The notes beneath the pieces were generated by a model. That model was not told the origin of the DNA. It searched no databases and saw only the letters and a program-made list of their open reading frames with translations. The translations under genes were made by a program, and so were the position numbers. A stretch of 64,000 nucleotides of DNA, taken from contig OX597824.1 in NCBI GenBank assembly GCA_951406725.2, forward strand, positions 55,366,001-55,430,000, written 5' to 3'. The DNA is from Octopus vulgaris (taxonomy: Eukaryota). Numbering within the stretch: the stretch's first letter is position 1; each line of letters opens with the position of its first letter. This document shows, piece after piece, positions 56,281-64,000 of this stretch.

Positions 56281-56314
<34 letters not shown>

Positions 56315-56349
56315 GAAGAACTTGGATAAATTTATAGCTAACTTATTAC

Positions 56350-57420
56350 CTAGCATGATGGATTTTCTTGGGCAAGTGTTTTTCAGTCTTATTTCCAATA
56401 ACATAGCTGAATTGGATGCGGTGTTGAAGGTTGTGAATCTGGCCCTGAGATGAGGGCTGCATACTATTGAAATTTGAACTGATTCAGCCACTCTGTGTGG
56501 ATAGATGGGATCAGTGGTCACTAATGAGAGGAAGGTATGTATGAAAGTGGTGGCAGAGATGTTAATAAAACATCACCTAGGGATTCTGAGAGAGCTAGCT
56601 GCCAAATTCAGTTTGAAACTGAGTGTAGTTTTCATGCCCTTTGAAAAGAATAAAGCAGACATCTTAACCAGAGTGAAGAAAGTCTGGTTAGCAGTGCCAG
56701 GGAGTTGGCAGTAGATGCACATCCAGCAGGGGACATATCTCTCAATGATCAGTTGTGGACTGGGGCATATGGCAATATGGAAGGAAATTAAGATGTGGAC
56801 TGCAAATGAAGTTGTATGAATCCTGAACAAAATATTCCTGGAATGGGGCTCTGTGGGTGAATTGCTGATGGACAATGGCATTGCATTATACTTGGAGGTG
56901 CTGAAGGAAATGCTTGATAAGTGTAATGTAAAATACTTCTTCAGAGCGGCATACAGACCAAGTGGAAATGGGATTGTGGAGACACCATGATCAAGGCCAT
57001 GGAAGAGAGGGGACATATCTCACCACTCAAGGCATTATTCTGGTATAATATGTTGCCCAAGTTAAGAAAGGCTGAGTAGCTGATGCTACACAGAGCAAGA
57101 TATGTCTGTGCACAGTATCGCAGCAACCTGTGATGGAGGAAGAGCCTATCATGCATGTAGGGGATGAAGTTTGGGTCAACCCCTAAATGTGCACTGCATG
57201 TGTCAGTGGGAAAAAGGAACAGTATCAGCGATTAATTCCCAAAATAATGTGTCTGTGGGTGAAATACCGCAATATGCCTTAGATGTCTGCACAATGAAGG
57301 AGAGGATGCAAGCAGCACTCCAACTCAGCAAATGTCACAGTGGGTGAGACATCCTCCCAGGTGGATAACAGATTTTGAGTGAGGTGATGGGGTGATCTTT
57401 GAAATTGGTGGTGGGGACAT
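56350..57420 (+). pseudogene. Gypsy-type pol remnant (RNase H and integrase)
   Basis: AELDAVL..TDSAT, NKADILTRV, LLMDNG, AAYRPSGNGIVE; PPT-like ggtggtgggga at ~57407. Confidence 0.7.
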
Positions 57421-57899
57421 GTGGGGATGAGATGAATCAGAAATATAGGGTCAGTGACGTCAATAGCTGAGAGGCCTGACCAGAAGGCAAGGAGTCAATG
57501 GTAGCAAAAAAAAAATTGCAGGCTCTATAATACAGAAGGTGGGTCATCCTGAAAAGTTCACTGGACTCCACTAAATGTCTAAATACCAAAAGTAATGCCT
57601 TTGGTAGCTGTCCATATGTCACCAAGTATATTTTGAAATTTTGGTCCCCATCTTTTTTGTACCTACTGGATTTGGACTTCTTTTTTACCAGTCTATTATT
57701 ATTTTGGATATTGTTATATTTGATATATTTTTTACATGCTCTTATATATTTTAAATTTTTTAATTTTTGTTTTTGTCATTTTTATCTTTATTTTTGCAGT
57801 CATGCCACACATATTTATGTGTGTAGATAGGTGTTTGTGTGTGTGTATACAATATATATATATATAAATATAAATATATACACACACATACATAGCACC

Positions 57900-59065
57900 C
57901 CTAGGCCACAGGAAGAGGCAGGTTGTTCATGCAGGGACTGCAGCAGTTGTCCGGTAGGAGGCCACTGCATAACCAAAGGGGCTGTCTATCATGCTGAAGT
58001 ACTAGCGAACCCTGGCAATACCACCAGCAGGAGCAATAGTGGCTGTAGACTCGAGAGCAGAGCCAATAACTCTGCCATCATTGCTGCAGTTGACAGAATT
58101 AGCTATGTTAGCAATAACAGCACCAACGACAGCATTGGCAGTCCTCCTAGATGGTGACATCACTAACAACAACAACAGCAGCATCTCCATCAACACTAGC
58201 CTTACCTATAGCATCGCTAACGTCCACAGTAGCTGACCTGGCAACCCCTATAGCAGCAGCAACAGGTCCATTGCCAACACCAGCTATAATGGTAATAACA
58301 GCAGCAGCAGCAGCAGTGGTGCTAGCAGAAACACCAACGGAACTACAGCTAATGACACCTCTAGCAGCAGGGGCAACTCACCCACCATTGGCAAAGACTG
58401 CAATAACATCAACAATATTAACAACAGTGCCTTTACCATAACCAGCACTGGTGATAACATTACCGATGCCACCACCAGCTCCAGTGATGCCAATACATGC
58501 AGCCCCAGCTCCAGCAACATCAGTATTGGCAACAGCAGCAGCAACAACCAGTGCAGCATCAACAACATGCACCCACGAAGATATATTGGATATATTGGGA
58601 ATTCTCTCAAGCAATGTTTCCAACCATAGGTCCTCTTTCAGAGTTCTGGAAAAGAGATACGTAACATCACTGGCCAGCCACGTCTGACAACTAAGAGACG
58701 ATGGGATCCCATACTTGATCTCATGGAAAATCCTTAAGACCCCAGGCCCCTACATCAAAGGGATGAAGCATTGAAAGTTATGCATAGCTGAATGTGCAAG
58801 AATCCTAAAAGACTCGTTCGGAGATTTTCGGGCCATGTATACATTTCAGGAAATTCCTGCTAGCCTTTTGGGGCCCACAAGATGGCAACACAGCTGGAAG
58901 TCGATTGCTAATGGCAAGGGATATAATCCCTTTTTTACCTTTGTAGTGAGGCTTTTCCCCTTCCATATTTTGAAGAGGTCATAGACCTGATGATATGCCA
59001 TAAAGCTAAAACTTTATGGACATGAAACCCAGGGTAATCCCATAAACTGGCCTTCCCCTCTTAAT
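57900..59065 (+). mobile_element. Penelope-like 3' part (Cys linker, GIY-YIG, pseudo-LTR with hammerhead-like motif at 58987-59036)
   Basis: CSCRDCSSCPVGGHCITKGAVY...YIG...NHRSSFR..SLASHV, WKIL; CUGAUGA..helix II..GAAACCCAGGGUA. Confidence 0.75.
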
Positions 59066-59071
59066 GTATAT

Positions 59072-59116
<45 letters not shown>

Positions 59117-59117
59117 A

Positions 59118-59262
59118 GCGCCGGCATGGGTGTATGGTAAGAAGCTTACTTCCCAACCACATGGTTCCAGGTTCAGTCCCACTGCATGGCACCTTGGGCA
59201 AGTGTCTTCAACCAAAACCTTATCGGTGGATTTGGTAGATGGAAACTGAAAGAAGCTCATTG
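59118..59262 (+). mobile_element. SINE 5' half
   Basis: Same family as 18270. Confidence 0.75.
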
Positions 59263-59300
59263 TATGTATGTATGTATATGTGTATATGTATATATATATA

Positions 59301-62300
59301 TGATGCCCGCAGCAAGTTCTTAAAAATTTATCTTACTCTTTTATTTGTTGTTACTACGTTTATTCATACACTGTTACGAAAATTTAACTTTTTTTAGGCT
59401 ACTTTCAAGCCTTCGCCATAACTTGATTTATCTTTCCTATCTCTCTCTCTACAAAAATTTAACTTTAGGCTGCCTCAAGCCGTAATCCCATCTCTTCCCA
59501 TCTTTCCGCCAATTCAACTTACTTTCTTCTTCAATTTCAACTCCTGGTCGATGCCCGCAGCAAGTTCTTAAAAATTTATCTTACTCTTTTATTTGTTGTT
59601 ACTACGTTTATTCATACACTGTTACGAAAATTTAACCTTTTTTAGGCTACTTTCAAGCCTTCGCCATAACTTGATTTATCTTTCCTATCTCTCTCTCTAC
59701 AAAATTTAACTTTAGGCTGCCTCAAGCCGTAATCCCATCTCTTCCCATCTTTCCGCCAATTCAACTTACTTTCTTCTTCAATTTCAACTCCTGGTCGATG
59801 CCCGCAGCAAGTTCTTAAAAATTTATCTTACTCTTTTATTTGTTGTTACTACGTTTATTCATACACTGTTACGAAAATTTAACCTTTTTTAGGCTACTTT
59901 CAAGCCTTCGCCATAACTTGATTTATCTTTCCTATCTCTCTCTCTACAAAATTTAACTTTAGGCTGCCTCAAGCCGTAATCCCATCTCTTCCCATCTTTC
60001 CGCCAATTCAACTTACTTTCTTCTTCAATTTCAACTCCTGGTCGATGCCCGCAGCAAGTTCTTAAAAATTTATCTTACTCTTTTATTTGTTGTTACTACG
60101 TTTATTCATACACTGTTACGAAAATTTAACCTTTTTAGGCTACTTTCAAGCCTTCGCCATAACTTGATTTATCTTTCCTATCTCTCTCTCTACAAAATTT
60201 AACTTTAGGCTGCCTCAAGCCGTAATCCCATCTCTTCCCATCTTTCCGCCAATTCAACTTACTTTCTTCTTCAATTTCAACTCCTGGTCGATGCCCGCAG
60301 CAAGTTCTTAAAAATTTATCTTACTCTTTTATTTGTTGTTACTACGTTTATTGATACACTGTTACGAAAATTTAACCTTTTTTAGGCTACTTTCAAGCCT
60401 TCACCATAACTTGATTTATCTTTCCTATCTCTCTCTCTACAAAATTTAACTTTAGGCTGCCTCAAGCCGTAATCCCATCTCTTCCCATCTTTCCGCCAAT
60501 TCAACTTACTTTCTTCTTCAATTTCAACTCCTGGTCGATGCCCGCAGCAAGTTCTTAAAAATTTATCTTACTCTTTTATTTGTTGTTACTACGTTTATTC
60601 ATACACTGTTACGAAAATTTAACCTTTTTAGGCTACTTTCAAGCCTTCGCCATAACTTGATTTATCTTTCCTATCTCTCTCTCTACAAAATTTAACTTTA
60701 GGCTGCCTCAAGCCGTAATCCCATCTCTTCCCATCTTTCCGCCAATTCAACTTACTTTCTTCTTCAATTTCAACTCCTGGTCGATGCCCGCAGCAAGTTC
60801 TTAAAAATTTATCTTACTCTTTTATTTGTTGTTACTACGTTTATTCATACACTGTTACGAAAATTTAACCTTTTTTAGGCTACTTTCAAGCCTTCGCCAT
60901 AACTTGATTTATCTTTCCTATCTCTCTCTCTACAAAATTTAACTTTAGGCTGCCTCAAGCCGTAATCCCATCTCTTCCCATCTTTCCGCCAATTCAACTT
61001 ACTTTCTTCTTCAATTTCAACTCCTGGTCGATGCCCGCAGCAAGTTCTTAAAAATTTATCTTACTCTTTTATTTGTTGTTACTACGTTTATTAATACACT
61101 GTTACGAAAATTTAACCATTTTTAGGCTACTTTCAAGCCTTCGCCATAACTTGATTTATCTTTCCTATCTCTATCTCTACAAAATTTAACTTTAGGCTGC
61201 CTCAAGCCGTAATCCCATCTCTTCCCATCTTTCCGCCAATTCAACTTACTTTCTTCTTCAATTTCAACTCCTGGTCGATGCCCGCAGCAAGTTCTTAAAA
61301 ATTTATCTTACTCTTTTATTTGTTGTTACTACGTTTATTCATACACTGTTACGAAAATTTAACCTTTTTTAGGCTACTTTCAAGCCTTCGCCATAACTTG
61401 ATTTATCTTTCCTATCTCTCTCTCTACAAAATTTAACTTTAGGCTGCCTCAAGCCGTAATCCCATCTCTTCCCATCTTTCCGCCAATTCAACTTACTTTC
61501 TTCTTCAATTTCAACTCCTGGTCGATGCCCGCAGCAAGTTCTTAAAAATTTATCTTACTCTTTTATTTGTTGTTACTACGTTTATTCATACACTGTTACG
61601 AAAATTTAACCTTTTTAGGCTACTTTCAAGCCTTCGCCATAACTTGATTTATCTTTCCTATCTCTCTCTCTACAAAATTTAACTTTAGGCTGCCTCAAGC
61701 CGTAATCCCATCTCTTCCCATCTTTCCGCCAATTCAACTTACTTTCTTCTTCAATTTCAACTCCTGGTCGATGCCCGCAGCAAGTTCTTAAAAATTTATC
61801 TTACTCTTTTATTTGTTGTTACTACGTTTATTCATACACTGTTACGAAAATTTAACCTTTTTTAGGCTACTTTCAAGCCTTCGCCATAACTTGATTTATC
61901 TTTCCTATCTCTCTCTCTACAAAATTTAACTTTAGGCTGCCTCAAGCCGTAATCCCATCTCTTCCCATCTTTCCGCCAATTCAACTTACTTTCTTCTTCA
62001 ATTTCAACTCCTGGTCGATGCCCGCAGCAAGTTCTTAAAAATTTATCTTACTCTTTTATTTGTTGTTACTACGTTTATTCATACACTGTTACGAAAATTT
62101 AACCTTTTTTAGGCTACTTTCAAGCCTTCGCCATAACTTGATTTATCTTTCCTATCTCTCTCTCTACAAAATTTAACTTTAGGCTGCCTCAAGCCGTAAT
62201 CCCATCTCTTCCCATCTTTCCGCCAATTCAACTTACTTTCTTCTTCAATTTCAACTCCTGGTCGATGCCCGCAGCAAGTTCTTAAAAATTTATCTTACTC

Positions 62301-63953
62301 TTTTATTTGTTGTTACTACGTTTATTCATACACTGTTACGAAAATTTAACCTTTTTTAGGCTACTTTCAAGCCTTCGCCATAACTTGATTTATCTTTCCT
62401 ATCTCTCTCTCTACAAAATTTAACTTTAGGCTGCCTCAAGCCGTAATCCCATCTCTTCCCATCTTTCCGCCAATTCAACTTACTTTCTTCTTCAATTTCA
62501 ACTCCTGGTCGATGCCCGCAGCAAGTTCTTAAAAATTTATCTTACTCTTTTATTTGTTGTTACTACGTTTATTCATACACTGTTACGAAAATTTAACCTT
62601 TTTAGGCTACTTTCAAGCCTTCGCCATAACTTGATTTATCTTTCCTATCTCTCTCTCTACAAAATTTAACTTTAGGCTGCCTCAAGCCGTAATCCCATCT
62701 CTTCCCATCTTTCCGCCAATTCAACTTACTTTCTTCTTCAATTTCAACTCCTGGTCGATGCCCGCAGCAAGTTCTTAAAAATTTATCTTACTCTTTTATT
62801 TGTTGTTACTACGTTTATTCATACACTGTTACGAAAATTTAACCTTTTTTAGGCTACTTTCAAGCCTTCGCCATAACTTGATTTATCTTTCCTATCTCTC
62901 TCTCTACAAAATTTAACTTTAGGCTGCCTCAAGCCGTAATCCCATCTCTTCCCATCTTTCCGCCAATTCAACTTACTTTCTTCTTCAATTTCAACTCCTG
63001 GTCGATGCCCGCAGCAAGTTCTTAAAAATTTATCTTACTCTTTTATTTGTTGTTACTACGTTTATTCATACACTGTTACGAAAATTTAACCTTTTTTAGG
63101 CTACTTTCAAGCCTTCGCCATAACTTGATTTATCTTTCCTATCTCTCTCTCTACAAAATTTAACTTTAGGCTGCCTCAAGCCGTAATCCCATCTCTTCCC
63201 ATCTTTCCGCCAATTCAACTTACTTTCTTCTTCAATTTCAACTCCTGGTCGATGCCCGCAGCAAGTTCTTAAAAATTTATCTTACTCTTTTATTTGTTGT
63301 TACTACGTTTATTCATACACTGTTACGAAAATTTAACCTTTTTTAGGCTACTTTCAAGCCTTCGCCATAACTTGATTTATCTTTCCTATCTCTCTCTCTA
63401 CAAAATTTAACTTTAGGCTGCCTCAAGCCGTAATCCCATCTCTTCCCATCTTTCCGCCAATTCAACTTACTTTCTTCTTCAATTTCAACTCCTGGTCGAT
63501 GCCCGCAGCAAGTTCTTAAAAATTTATCTTACTCTTTTATTTGTTGTTACTACGTTTATTCATACACTGTTACGAAAATTTAACCTTTTTTAGGCTACTT
63601 TCAAGCCTTCGCCATAACTTGATTTATCTTTCCTATCTCTCTCTCTACAAAATTTAACTTTAGGCTGCCTCAAGCCGTAATCCCATCTCTTCCCATCTTT
63701 CCGCCAATTCAACTTACTTTCTTCTTCAATTTCAACTCCTGGTCGATGCCCGCAGCAAGTTCTTAAAAATTTATCTTACTCTTTTATTTGTTGTTACTAC
63801 GTTTATTCATACACTGTTACGAAAATTTAACCTTTTTTAGGCTACTTTCAAGCCTTCGCCATAACTTGATTTATCTTTCCTATCTCTCTCTCTACAAAAT
63901 TTAACTTTAGGCTGCCTCAAGCCGTAATCCCATCTCTTCCCATCTTTCCGCCA
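59301..63953. repeat. 247-bp tandem satellite, ~18.9 copies, very homogeneous
   Basis: gatgcccgcagcaag recurs every 246-248 bp from 59302 to ~63746. Copies differ mostly in T-run length and a few SNVs. Confidence 0.97.
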
Positions 63954-64000
63954 GTGGCGGTGCGCCCGCCCCCCACCCCCACCACCAATACCGATGAACA

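Noticed and set aside
58002-58687. Mucin-like Ala/Thr/Pro ORFs
   Set aside because: They are alternative frames of the triplet-rich insert within a PLE.
59301-63953. CRISPR array, or retrozyme/twister reading of the 247-bp repeat
   Set aside because: There are no unique spacers and the context is eukaryotic. I found no CUGANGA/GAAAC core on either strand, and the TAAC..AAGCC resemblance to twister lacks pseudoknot partners.

Overview
Eukaryotic, AT-rich, repeat-saturated DNA. The tRNA-derived SINE family and repeat mix suggest an octopus/coleoid genome (inference from recognition, not a search). No intact host gene is visible. The window is mostly decayed transposons: five mariner copies or fragments plus a TIR stub, a Chapaev3/CMC-like fragment, several Penelope-like (PLE) elements and their inverted pseudo-LTRs, RTE LINEs, an R4/Dong-like LINE, Helitron RepHel and non-autonomous Helitrons, Gypsy pol remnants and a solo LTR. 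It also holds SINEs, long (TA)n-type microsatellites, 166-bp and ~345-bp tandem repeats, and a near-homogeneous 247-bp array of ~19 copies. The strongest unannotated signal is a dense set of about a dozen type I hammerhead-ribozyme-like motifs in the PLE pseudo-LTRs. One looks fully canonical (30469-30571), several lie in sense/antisense foldbacks, and some share a non-canonical U-U at the base of helix II. Other leads are a possible LTR origin for the 247-bp satellite and a candidate 18-nt host microexon. All folds and alignments were done by eye.
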